From: Balanoglossus misakiensis
Lineage: Eukaryota; Animalia; Hemichordata
Reading direction: 5' to 3'
DNA length: 64,000 bases
Assembly: GCA_040954595.2 (NCBI GenBank)
Contig: CM082576.2
Location: 19,949,028-20,013,027, forward strand
Of this stretch, positions 25,301 to 38,485 are shown one piece after another (position 1 is the stretch's first letter; every line of letters begins with the position of its first letter). The translations under genes were made by a program, and so were the position numbers. Below the pieces are notes generated by a model, which made no database searches, was not told where the DNA came from, and was given only the letters and a program-made list of their open reading frames with translations.

Positions 25301-28285
25301 TTTTTTATGAATATGTTCTAATCTGGGACAAAAATTTGTTGCCAAGTGTCTTGACCCCTTTACCAAATGTCAGGGACCGGATTTTTTTCAGCAAAATTTC
25401 AAATAACCTTGGCTGATTTTTTACCTACTTTCACATATTGGGTAGCATGAAACAAAGTATGGCTTCCAGAAGGGTTATAGATACAGTGTTTTGTAATAAC
25501 AAGAATTAACATGAAACTATAATTTCATGGTTATTTAGGACCGCCTTAATCTATGGTAACGTCATTAAATATTTGCATATCTAATTGTAGGCTATCCAGT
25601 GGAGGGAGAAACCTAAACATGGACAACATTGGGGTCAAAATTGTTTGACAGAACTTTGGGTGACTTTGGGTAAACCTTGACCAACATTACTATATCTTGG
25701 CATCCAGAGCAGATGCAACCTTGACACTTGGAGTGATGGAAATGCATAATGGAGTATTATGTCTCAGCTAGTCACAGTGCTTTTGCTGTGTTTTATGTCT
25801 TTTATTTAGCCACATGAGATGTTTTTTTATTACACATTGGCTGTGTTTGCCAGTACTTTTTAGCTGGTCACACTGCCTTAAGACAATGTATTCTCAAAAT
25901 ACCATGCAATCATTATGAAGCATATACAGCAGACAAAGTTATGGTATGACTGAACTTGCCCTTCTTTGTGACTAAAGCATGACCGGCCTGTCTTAGGTGG
26001 CCCCTACCTAGGGGCTTTACCCGTCATTGGCTCACAGTCTGAGAAATCAGCTCTGCAGGGAAGTTAACGATGTAACCCACCATTAAAGCTTGGATTTCCG
26101 CTTTTTGTATCTGATGCCTGGCTGAGGCCTTCTTAGGATCTACCCAACGCTGAGTAGGCTATCCCGTCATTGGCACACAGTCTCAGGGAGGGAGTCAAAA
26201 GTTCAGTATACCAGCAAAGCCTTTATATTGTCCATTCTTTTTAAGAGAAGGCTGGCTGCTGTAGAAAAATGTTGATCTCAAATTTATCATGTCCAAAAAG
26301 CCAGACTTCCAGCCCTATTGGTTAGGCTGGCATTAGGTAAGTACATAATTAATGAGGCAAGACATCATATTCCATTACATAGTTCCATCACTCCAAGTGT
26401 CAAGGATGTATCTGTGCCGGATGCCAAGATATAGGAATGTAGGTCAAAGTTTACCCAAGATCACCCAAAAGTTTGTCAAAAGATTTTGACCCCAGAGTTG
26501 TCCATGTCCAGGTTACCACATCCACTAGAATAACATATGCACATATTTAATGAGGTTACCATAGCTCAAGGGGGTCTTTAATTAACCATCAACATTTAGT
26601 TTCATATTAATGCATGTTAATATAATACACTGTATCTATAACCCTACTGGTAAGCCTAGAATTAGGTACATGCGAAAGTTTTTGACAAGATAGATAAGTT
26701 GTAAAATATGTACATGAACCTGACAATTGACTTAAAATAACATAAGGCAGACTTGATACTTATCGGAGATAGATACTAATAACAACAGACTAGTGATGTT
26801 AATTACACCGGGAATGTTTGTCTTATTATAGCTACATGTAAAAGACTGCTTGAGGTAATGTAATTAAAGTGACCACTTGCGATTCACCTTCAAAGTGCTA
26901 TGCAAGTCTATAGTACATTGTTTTTCCAATGATTGGACAAAGGATATTCATAATGTGTAATTAAGGCTGGATAGCATTTTCAATGTAATAAGCCCTGCCT
27001 TCACTATAATCTTACGCCAAATCAACATTGTTCAGTTTATGTTAATAACTTCACTAAGGGACACTTGTTACATCAAATTTCCCAGCAAGGGGTGTCAGAT
27101 TATTGGGCAAGTGGCATGCATGACACTAGACGATACTTTTGGAAGCAAAGCGGACAGAACACGGCTGGATATAGACTAGGTAATCGAATGTGACCATGAA
27201 CTGTACCACAGACTCTGTATTGTATGTTTCTGAAGAATCCCATTTAACCCAGACATCAACATACTTCAACCTTGTAAGAAGTAGAACATACATGATTTAC
27301 TAGTAAATATTTGCTAGGTTATTACACACTTTGGATTACACAAAAATAGGTGTGTACACCGCTGTGACATTGCCAAGCAGATATGACCTACCAGGTAACC
27401 TAATACAATTTCACAGGAATCGGAGTATTTTCAGTGAAAACAACATTTCTTCAACAATGACAAAAACTGCCTCAACCACAAAAATTCAGATATCAACAAA
27501 TCCAACAATATCTCACTTCAATCACCACAAGGAACATGCCTACCAAAATTGAAAGCAATCTGACATGCGGTTTCAAAGAATACAAATTGCAAAAATTGCC
27601 TCAAGACCACAAATATGCAAATTTCACCAAAATGATATACAACATTACTTGGGTTACCTCATGGAACAACAAACCAAAATTTAAATGCAACCTGACCTGA
27701 CATGGAGTTTCAGAGAAAATGATTTTTGACCAAAAATGACAAAATTATATTTCCCAAAAATTACAAATTTTGCCACAATTTAAACAATACTAACAAAGAT
27801 TACCTATAGGAAATAGCATACTAAATTCTAGATACAATTCACGATATTAGCTGAAAGTATATCAGGCGTGACATAAGCTACATGCATACAAATGTTCAAA
27901 GCAATCTGACCAGTTGTTGAGTTTCTGAGTTTTGATCAATTTCACATTGCTCCAGGTAATTAGCATATTTCATTTGAACAGGCGTGCCTGCATCTAAAAA
28001 CCCAATATCAAGACTTACCACACAGACTCTGTATTGTATGTTTCTGGAGTAATCAAATAAAACCTATCATGAAAATACTTCAACCTTCTTAATATGAACA
28101 AAATCCTATTTACAGGCTGGCCTGCATCTACACACCAAACATCAAGGGGATACGCGAAGGGGTTTTCAAGTTTTTGATGTGGACAGACATACATACATCC
28201 ATACATACTACATACACACATACAGAGGCAACTGACTGGTCAGAAGGCATGAGTAAAAATGCAGGAAATCAATGTTGTGACACTG

Positions 28286-29314
28286 CAGGGCTCGAAATTA
28301 ACGGTGGTCTTGCGTCCAAAGACCACCACATTTTCATTTTGGACCACCACATTTGAAAAATTGGTGGTCCATTTTGACCACCAATTATAATTCGTTCGTC
28401 TTCAGTGCTTAGATAGTTCGGTAAGAGGAATGATTTAGCGATAGTTCACTTCCGTATATTTCAGGACCGCAATATCCCTAACGCTCCTCCCAGCTGTCAC
28501 TTATCTACCCGCATGACCATATACGTGAACAAAGACCCGTTTCATGTAGCCCATATACAAGTAAGCAATGGAACTATATTTTCGGGGTAGCCTTGAAACT
28601 ACTGTGACGTTTAGCAATACTATTGGGCATCACCATTGGAAACGCAGTGTATGCTCCAGGGTCTATGTACATTATGCTAACGCAAGTCCGTCAATGGAAT
28701 AACTGTAATGTCAATAGAGTTCTTTTGACATGCAGAGTCGCGGTTTATGGGGTCGCGTTTGATATTTTATGTTTTACGTGCAGTGCACGCAAAGAGCGAA
28801 ATAAAATTGCGTGAAATTGTATTTGAATTACGTGCAACAAAATAGCAATAGACAAGCAGGCTTTCATGAACATTGAATGAGTTCTCCCTTCAAGTCTAGA
28901 CGGCCCAACACAAAAAAATCTTACAATGTAGCGAATAAAGTACATAAAGAAAGAGATCGTGTTGCAAGTGGTCCCCCCCCCAATACGCATTAGTACAGAC
29001 AAGGTAGCGAATTCGTGTGTTATATCATTAAGGAAAATGACCCCAGAAGCCCTACTTGCTTTGTTATATCTAATGGCTTCTGCGTGAATAAATTATAGCG
29101 CCCACACGTGCTAAGTTTGTGGCCTAGGTTACCGCACGTACATCACTGTGCGTCCTGCTACAGCATACAAGCGCGCGTACGCGTACATGTAGACTTTAAG
29201 TTACGACTTACATGTTTCATTGGTGTGACCACCAAATTTAGTTTTGGACCACCACATTTTTATTTGTGGTGGTCCACTTGGACCACCACATTAAAAATTT
29301 AATTTCGAGCCCTG
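28286..29314. mobile_element. MITE with CAGGG termini and 5-bp TSD (hAT-like)
   Basis: Perfect 16-bp TIR CAGGGCTCGAAATTAA. CACTG at 28281-28285 and 29315-29319. Subterminal GACCACCA repeats at both ends. Empty site at ~41640-41670. Confidence 0.88.
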
Positions 29315-32246
29315 CACTGGTAGTAGGCCTTAATGTATACAATATCAAGACAGTTTATTTAACATGAAGTTTGATATGTTCATAATCATTCAGAGCTAAG
29401 CATATTTTGAAATTGTAAAATTAATATCAATCACATGAAAACTGACAGCATGCTTTCATTTGGAAATTTAGGTATTGTAATTAACACTAACAGTCATGAA
29501 ACTATTGAATCGTCAATAAAATCATACAGTAGAAATTAATGGGTTTTCTATTTATATGCGATGTGAAAATGCAACTTGTGGTCCTTCGGCCAGTAAGAGG
29601 CATCAGATAATATTGTAAGACCCAGTTGCCAAATTGATTAGACCTACATGTATGCGCTATGTGAAGCGCAAGTTATGGCAACTGAATTCACAGGACACTG
29701 AAGAAAGTGGAATCACTCAAGGTACATATGTATACATGTAGGCTAACAATCACAACACAGAGAATAGTTCTCCATATTCATTTTTAATACGATAAGATTC
29801 ACTGAATTGGCGCATCTATGGGCAGGCAAGGTTAGTTCCAACTCAGTTTGCAAATCAGGCCCATGTATCTTGTTCCCTGAGACTGTCTGCTTCTAATAAT
29901 AGCTGTAAGAACATAATCGTTGACCGAACGGTTGGTTCAATTTTGCAACATTTTATGATTTCAAGCTGTGCAATATTTGCAACTCAGTTTCAACTTTGGT
30001 TGGAGGGATGATGATGAAGCAATTTCACTGACAAAATAACACTACTAACTGACGTCAATATTTGTTCAAAGTTAAATGCATTGCCATCAGAAAAATGTAT
30101 ACGAAAAGTTTCGTATGTGAATAATAACACTTTTTCGCATAACTGCAAACCCTGTCACAGTTGTGAAATTCTAAGAAAATTCATTCATTAGGTAGAATTC
30201 GTGCTTTATGAATTCTTAAACAAACTTAGTCATGAAACCTAAATGGTTACCTTACACATGTGGAGGCTCGACTTCTGTGATATGATAGTCTTCAATTAAT
30301 GTGTATGTGATTCCATACAAATCCATATGATTACCTGAACGTACAAAATAAATTAAAAATAAATACATAAATTAAAAATAAATAAGTATCTCATACATAT
30401 GCATAAGTGCTTGTGAGAAATATATCATATATCTAAATAAACCTGTCATTTATTGACCTCATTTTCCCAGTAAACCAAAGGACTAAATTACACTTTAATA
30501 TTACAGCTTCATTTCAATGCAACAGGTACACTACATCATAAGGGAACAAATATGCCAGCTCAACATTTATATAAACAGTGTCAAAATATAAGTGGCTACA
30601 AAAGCTTGTGTCCCTTCAATCCATCCTCCCACTCAGGTCAAACGTGTTACATATTAAAATTGCAATGTACATACAATACAATTAGTCTTTTGTAAATTCA
30701 GACTGAGAAAATATGACTGATAAACATTATCTGGCACATGTTGGTGAATGGCTGGCGTTGATGTTGTGGGTTGAAATCCGAACTATGATTATCGCGGGTA
30801 CAAATCACATTTATTTTCTCAGAGACAACACGTTTGCAACTTCGGGACAGAAAGGTGAAAACGAACGTCATTAGTTCTTGGGAAAAAACTCTGAAATCAA
30901 TTTCGGTGAGGTCAAATGTGTTCCAAAGGCAAACCGTTTCTGGTAAACAAATCAATGGCAAATAGTTACTTCGGCGACTTACCAATCAATCAACATGGCT
31001 GCCAAATCGTTCGATATCCCGGCTTCATCTCGCGATCATTCTATCTTCCGATATGGCGTTGCTTGGTTAAATTCGTCTCTTCTTTGCCGACATAGTCGGG
31101 CGACAGCGGTCCAGAAGCATATACAGCGACGCCATCTTGTTTACAATGTGAAGTATCAACTGCGCATGCTCAATGGTTGTTGATTGGAAAGTGGGCAGAG
31201 CCTGCAAGATCCAGGGTTCGCTTGACCGGCCAAACACGGTTATTCTCCCTGGACCAAATCATTTAAGCGTCAGGCGTAATACATCACATAATTGACTGGA
31301 AAACTAAACAGTCTTCCACCTATATATCAACACAGTTTATTAAACCTGCACCCGCGCAAATATTTACAAGTATATGATTAAAATTGATCAAATCATTAAT
31401 CGCACGGTTACAGCTGTCATAGTTTCTAATAATATTATTCACTGGTAGCGCTGACATACCATGTTGAAACTTGTCGCGGAAAACAAGATAATTGATCTTA
31501 CGGTGTCATTTGTTTTTAAAAAGTGCTTAATAACTATTGATCCCATTGATATATTTTTCCATATTGATATATTTTTCGCAAATTTTGACTGCTTGGGCTA
31601 CTAATAGCATGGTGATCACAATGGATTTACCACCTCCCAGCTGCGTTATAAAAGAATGCCTATTCTGTGGACACTAGCCTCATCGAAGACCGAACGTGTT
31701 CATCGATGTTTCCATTCATGACGAACTCCAATGCAGGCGTCGCAGTCATTCTGGCTTTCACGCTGGGGCACCTCTGGTGACAGCAATTCCCAACAAGTTG
31801 CGGGTAAGTAATCACACAACCTATATGAGTGAAAGTTTCTTGTCATTTTCGCAACGTCAAGGTTGATATTCTCTTCTTGGATCGAAAATGTGTGACACAA
31901 CAAATGAATCTGCGTGGCAGGGTCGGCTGTGTCTTTTGCTTCGAGGCATAGTCGTCAGACACACATCCCTAAGACGCGAAGCCAGCTTATCCTTTGATCA
32001 AATGGCAGCGCTATTCTAAATATTTTACAGCATGCCGTAAAGGACAAACACGTGCCGCTGGAAGAGGCCAACACTCAGCAGAGACGGCAATATGTTAACG
32101 GAGGTGAGCCCCAACAATAAATTAATATTGTTCCTTTTATTTAGAAAACGCCGCATAATTAGCCAACCAATCATGGTTATGAGAAACCTCCAAAATACAA
32201 TGTATCGATATTTACTGCATCTGTTCATACTTCGCCCGCGCTTTAA

Positions 32247-32611
32247 AAACCCTATAGCTGCTAAAATTGGCATATTTTTTTCCAGAGTAAAATACTTCAT
32301 ATGTATATTCCCTATTCCCTAAAATCTTCACCCGTGACCATTAAGCCATATTACTTGCATTTGCATTGGTTTGTCATCACTTGGCGTCGCATTTCACGAT
32401 AGCTGCTTAGCTGCTATTGTTTGTATGAAGGCTTATTAAATCGGTGAGGCACCGTTTTAATACATAGCATGTTCCAATTGCAACATGCAGTCACAATCGG
32501 GCATCGATAAGATGTTTATGTATACCTATCAGTAAGCTTATTTTGATGAACCAATTTAAGTTGGAAAATAAAATCATGAAAATAATGCAAAAAGTGGCAG
32601 CTTTGGAGGCT
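32247..32611. mobile_element. Old TTAA-flanked MITE (Kolobok-like); relatives at ~23350-23660 and ~44750-45055
   Basis: TTAA on both sides, degenerate TIRs (..AGCTGC / GCAGCT..), and internal similarity to the other copies. Confidence 0.4.
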
Positions 32612-32631
32612 TTAAACTACAGTTCTCCCAG

Positions 32632-32796
32632 ATTGTCTTGACTAAATGACATACATGTGGTCAAAAGTTCTGACTGCAGAAGAGGTTGCAGCTGTGGCGG
32701 GGGACTGTTCAATTGGAGGAAATATATTTACATGGAATAAAGACAATATTGAAATGGCAGCAGAAATAGTTCCTACTGAAAAGAATGCTATCTGCA
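32632..32796 (+). pseudogene. Pentraxin/LamG-domain C-terminal exon, apparently frameshifted
   Basis: YMWSKVLTAEEVAAVAGDCSIGGNIFTW matches the pentraxin motif MWxxVLxxEEI...C..GNxxxW. CCCAG acceptor and GTGAGT donor. An in-frame TAA just upstream suggests a small deletion in LNDIYMW. Confidence 0.65.
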
Positions 32797-33339
32797 GTGA
32801 GTATCACGACTTTAAAATGAAAGATTTTGCAAATTTAAAAAAAATATTGAGTGTTTTGACATGCGTCAGTGGTCAGTAACACACAAGCTGCATGATAAGA
32901 GGGTCACGAGAAATTGTAAGCCGCAATGTATAATGGATTAACTCCATGACCTATGCGACCTACGAACTGTGACGTACAGAATTTATTTCTACGTGTAATG
33001 CGGTCAGCGGCAGTGAGCCACAGACCGCATTGCGAGAGCAGTGAGAATTCACCACAATGCAAACTTTCTGAACGTAGGTTGATCTTCGAATGAAATATTA
33101 CCTTGTCACCAGTTTTCCACATGGCTACACTGTAAAATTGGGTGACGTGTTCGTTCACAAGTGGAATAATTGTGAGTAGTAATAAAGCACACGAAGTTAA
33201 GCAACGAGCACTTTTTGAAATGCGCGCAGATGATCCCAGTTTAGCAAATTCAGGCCATTGCGTGCATGCAAAAAAAATAATACTGTACCGGGGGTGAGCC
33301 TACTTTCTTTCCATACAGATACACGTATATGTTGGTTAA

Positions 33340-34134
33340 GATGGGTCCCTAGGATCTTTTTGCTCGTTGCTATGGGCCTTTATAGGACACTACACTCAAT
33401 TTTGATCGAAACCGTTATGAACGTCCGACAAGGGGCTTGTATCTAGTTAAAAATACACACGATTGTGTGCACACCCCCTGTCCGAGTATGGTTACGGCAG
33501 CTACCGCCCGGCCATAGGCCGCCACGCTAATACGGCAAAGCAGCGGTCAGCAATAGCGTGCGCGTCCTGTAACCACAGTAACTGGATCGAACGCTAAAAA
33601 TCCAATGTTTTGTACACAGAGATTTTGTACCGTTCACGAAAATCCCTAAGGCTTTTTTCATAGGCCACGTACGCCAGCCAAATTTGACCTGCTTGTTGAG
33701 AACGCACTTCCGCATAGTGTGACGGATCGTTTTTTCGGTTTTCGTCGTGCTAAGAAGCGATACCGGTGGAAGAGTGCGTCCAAAAACACCCAAAATCGAT
33801 GACTTTTTCAGGTGTGGTACGGGTATGCTGAAATCGTAGGATACAACGATAATATTTGAAAACAAAATCCGTCACGATCTTCCCTGGTTCAAGCAACTAA
33901 TGAATACGCATCAAGTTCGTTTTTGAGGTCACGGAATAAAAAGCCTTAGGCTTTTGAAATTTGACCTAGCTAATTTGCATATCAATGGCGTCAGGGGGCG
34001 CGCGCTCACAATCGTGCAGATTTTCAACTAGTTACCAGCCCCTTGTTAGACTCTGAAAACGGCTTAGTCCAAATCGGGGTGTAATGTCCTATAAAGGCCC
34101 ATAGCAACGCGCAAAAAGATCCCAGGGACCCATC
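33340..34134. mobile_element. TTAA-targeting MITE (Kolobok-like termini)
   Basis: TTAA|GATGGGTCCCT...AGGGACCCATC|TTAA with a ~65-bp TIR (GTTGCTATGGGCCTTTATAGGACA). Confidence 0.88.
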
Positions 34135-34601
34135 TTAAGGTATGTGACAAACAGTTTTCATGTAACAGCCAGTGATGCTGACCATAAAACCAGCGCAGCT
34201 GATGCTTTCATCTACAATTTGCAACATGGACGTTTGTGTCTCTGCATGTGTCGTGCATGTTACTGCTGAACAAAAAAGATATGCGGGCACCACAGGCTGG
34301 CGAAAGCGGTGCTCACGTGCTCTGCAAGCTGATGTTGTCACTAAATTGGCAAAGTATTGTACACATGGAGGAGTTTCTTGAGCTGTCTGTTGTATAAATG
34401 TCGGTTGTGAGTACATTATTTTTTATTTTTTTTAAATAATTTTCAAAGCCCCTATGATTGAAGCATATTATTACGACTCATCCGTTCATCATTCATTCAT
34501 TCATTCATTCATCCATTCAGTCAGTCAGTCAGTCACTGTACCAATTGAAGACGCCCTTGTATAGGAGAATTTAGCTATGTACTGACTGTCTTTTCATTTT
34601 T

Positions 34602-35879
34602 AGGTCCCATTGGTATAGGCCTATATACCATGGGACCTTATGGGATGGGTTGCGTCTGTATGGATGTATGTATGGATGTATGTATGTATGTATGTATGTA
34701 TGTCTGTATGTCCGTCCACATCAAAAACTTGAAAACCGCTGCGCGTATCACCTTGATATTTGGTGTGCAGATGCAGGCAGGGCTGTAGATGGGAGTTTGT
34801 CCAAACGAAGTTGCCAGGCCCAAAAATATGCAAATTAGCCAGTAATATGTGAAATTTATCAAAACTCTGAAAGTCAACAACTACTGGTCAGATTGCTTTA
34901 AAAATTGGTATGCATGTACCTTATGTCAACCTCACATCGACCTGTAAGTGTTAAGTTAATATCATGGATGTTTTATTTTTTATAAATTTTTTAGTCTTTT
35001 TATTAAATTTATACCTTTACTTATACCTCTATGGTTAAGCTATGTCCACGTCTTATTGTGGAATTCTGGTCTGTGCAATAGTCCTGTACAGTGACTGTCT
35101 ATTGGTCAGTGAGCACAATGGGGCCAAAATAAAAGGCAAATTTTTGGCTCACCTGTAACACCTGCTTAACACATTAATTATGTGCATACCTAATTCCGGG
35201 CTAACTAATAGGGCTTACGCTAGAGGTTTCGTTCTTGTGGGACATGGACCAGTATAGGGTCAAAATTTCTTGCCCAAATTTTGGGTGACCTCAGGTGACC
35301 TTTGACCTACTTTCCTATATCTCGGCATCCAGAGCAGGTACAGACTTGGCGTTTGGACGGTTGGGACTAAAATTGAAAAGCCAAAATATGGGTCACCTGT
35401 GACACCTGCATATCTCATTAATTATGTGCAAAGCTAATTCCAGGCTAACCAATAAGGCTATAGGTTTGGTTTTTATTGAACATTGACCATTATAAGGTCA
35501 AAATTTCTTGCCCAAATTTTGCATGACCTCAGGTGACCTTTGACCTACTTTATCATATCTTGGCATCCAGAGCACGTACAGACTTCGCGTTTGGAGGGTT
35601 GGGACTAACATTGAAAAGCCAAAATTGGGGGTCACCTGTGACACCTGCATATCTCATTAATTATGTGCATACCTAATTCCAGGCTAACCAATAAGGCTAT
35701 AGGTTTGGTTTTTGTTGAACATGGACCAGTATAAGGTCAAAATTTTATGCCCAAATTTTGCATGACCTCAGGTGACCTTTGACCTACTTTTCCATATCTT
35801 GGCATCCAGAGCAGATATGCTTATTGCTATGTTGCTATGTTTTATGTCCTCAAATGGGACCACAGTGTCCTTGACGCTA
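34602..35879 (+). mobile_element. HINE/DINE-1-like element, copy 2
   Basis: Same termini and body as 23798-25300, with about three 238-bp units and T-runs on both flanks. Confidence 0.88.
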
Positions 35880-38309
35880 TTTTTACTTCATCCTATAGAA
35901 TCTACCGACCTGGTCGCTGTCAATAACAATTCAACTCCTTAAACATCCTGTGTGTGTGAAGTCTATGAACACTGGCCATGCATTTCAATTCAAGGACAAA
36001 ATGAATGCGCAATATTTCGTTTTATCGAGAGTAATGTGCAGTGATTAAATTCGCTAGGGCTCTCTTAGCAGATTTGGAGATAGTCATTTTGGTAGAAACT
36101 TTTCGAGATGGGAAATCTTTGGTCATCTAACCAAGTTATTTGTATTTTTGTTATATAAGACAGAGTCATTTCTATATCATAGATGCAAAATTAATTTATA
36201 ACATGAATTTGAATAAATATTTTTTTTAAATATCACCACATGAATTTGAATAAAATATTTTTTTTAAATATCACCAGATTGAAATCTTTGGAAGTTTGCA
36301 CTTAGAGGGATGGCATGGCAGTTTTCCACTGTTCATATTACAAAGAATTTGGCGTCACGTGTAGATTTCATGAGTGTTCGAGTTTTGCTCTTCCCAGCCT
36401 CGTACCCACAATCCTCTGATACTTACACTTACGTCAGTTCTATAGCCGCTGACCCACTAGATTCTCCTTATGAATTGCCCAAATTATTTTTTGGTGTAGT
36501 TTTGATAGTTGGTGCACGGAAACTTTTGATCGATTCACGAAATTCAAAATATGTTACATCACAAACCTCATAAAATGGAGGCTAGAGTAGCCTGTTTGTT
36601 TTCAGGTAATTTTACAATTACCTCAATTACCTTTTTTCGAGGGAGGGGGTTAAGAAAACATACAGATTGAAATAACAAGGAAGTGGTATATCAAACCGAA
36701 ACCTTATCTCAATCGTGATTCTAGCGTGTTTCCATGTCATGTGACATCCACAAAAATGTGGTATTATCTTGAAAAGAGTCCCGATTTCCCAAACTGGTTT
36801 TGCAAATGTACTTCACTTTGGAGCAATGCATGAGTACATTCGTAGAAAGATATTGCTCCACTATTTACTGACACTCCTCTTTTACTGCAAATATTACTGC
36901 ATTCTGTCAGGGCAAGACAAAAGACACAGCAGAACTGCCAGTATTAAAACAGACAACTGGCAATTTCAATAAAACATGTAATAACAAATATATGTAACAT
37001 TGAATGAGGTGTCCATACAGCTTGGTCATTTAAAGACCTCCAGTCATTGTGACAATGCATAAATATTTATGTACACCATGTTAAAAATTAGTTCAGGCAT
37101 ACCTTATACATGTATGTTTTTGACGGACCATATCCTCAGCACGCCCTTTTTTTTTTCAAAAAGACTATCATTATTCTCTGCCAGGCAGAGAGTTGCCGCT
37201 TTCTTGTTAACAATAATATACTATTATAACATTGCATAGATTCCTGTTTGTTTCTGTCCATATCTCACAAACTGTGGTGTGTATACTGTTGAAATGACCT
37301 CAAGAAGAAAATGCCAAATGGAAAAATATTTGACATACTAACCTGTATGATAATGTTATACGGTACATTATATTTAACGGTTCCAATCCAATGTTGAGAA
37401 CTAAGAAAACAATTTGAGCAGAATTCATTTAAAATTAATTGCAGTTCCGTTTCACCGCATTTCATAGGATGCTGGCTAAAATTCATAGTATGGTGGATTA
37501 CCTGTTATGCATTTCTTTCCCTATTTCGTCTGGCAGATTTGAGTTTGACAAGCTGTCATTTTCCTTTCAGCTCCGCAAAATTGATGGATTTACTTTGACA
37601 GCACACAGACTGTCCATTTGTCATCGGAGATACAAGCAGCATCAGGTGCTGAACAGCTTGCAGCAGTGTTGGAAAAGAGTACACCACACTAACTTGCAAG
37701 AGTGCTTTGGCCCTTCCTTCACACTGTCCGAAACTTGTTGTGTTACATCATTGCTTAATGAATAAGAAATACACAGGTATTTAGCGTTCCATTCAATACC
37801 TACAATAGATAAAAGGGTGTCGGTCTGTATGCGACAATCTTCAATGTTCTTATGAGCACAAGGCTTTATTCAGGGAACGTTTTACAGTAAGAATTATATG
37901 ATATAAACTGAATAAGTTTGTTGTCTGTCAACTCTTCTGTCTTTGTCTTACCGATACGGTTCTAACCGCGAACACTGAGGCTTCTCTGCTCGTAAACAGT
38001 ATAAATCAATGGATGATAAAATGCGCCCTCTTTTGGTGAACTCTTCCTACCGCCCGACCTTCTACCTTACATTAAGGCATGTAGGGCGGTCAGGTAGATG
38101 GCAGTGTATTGCAAGCGTCTCTTGCATATTTTTTTCCGCCAGGAATGGCATACATTCGTTTTTGGCGACACCACAACTGCTGGAACTTCTCGAAAAATTG
38201 AGAGCCGGATTTCATAAATGCTCATGTTTTCCGAAGGGCTGAAAGAAGATCCAGAGTGGAATATTTAAATTTGCCTGTGGCAGACATCATAGTGGCTGCC
38301 AGTTATTCT

Positions 38310-38485
38310 ATTTCTTGTGCAAGAGATAGTATCTTGTTCCAGCGAGATGATTTCTCGTGTGCACGAGAAACATGCTATCTCGTGCATATCTCGTGCGCAC
38401 GAGAAAATTGCGAGCGCACTCGTGTTCACGAGAAAATATCACATGCACACGTCAGTCGTGCGCACGAGATAAAAAAATGTGCCCT
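38310..38485. repeat. Cluster of palindromic CTCGTG(C/T)GCACGAG units, probably a MITE terminal remnant
   Basis: About six imperfect copies of TCGTGCGCACGA. Confidence 0.6.

Larger units (their letters stand above)
16985..31180 (+). repeat. Left arm of giant inverted duplication
   Basis: Collinear reverse-complement matches: 16985-17330/47850-48209, 17500-18415/46350-47790, 19250-19860/45700-46340, 20660-20880/45240-45470, 23200-23790/44650-45240, 25300-27350/42590-44640, 29750-30640/39860-40740, 30860-31180/39535-39860. Confidence 0.92.
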
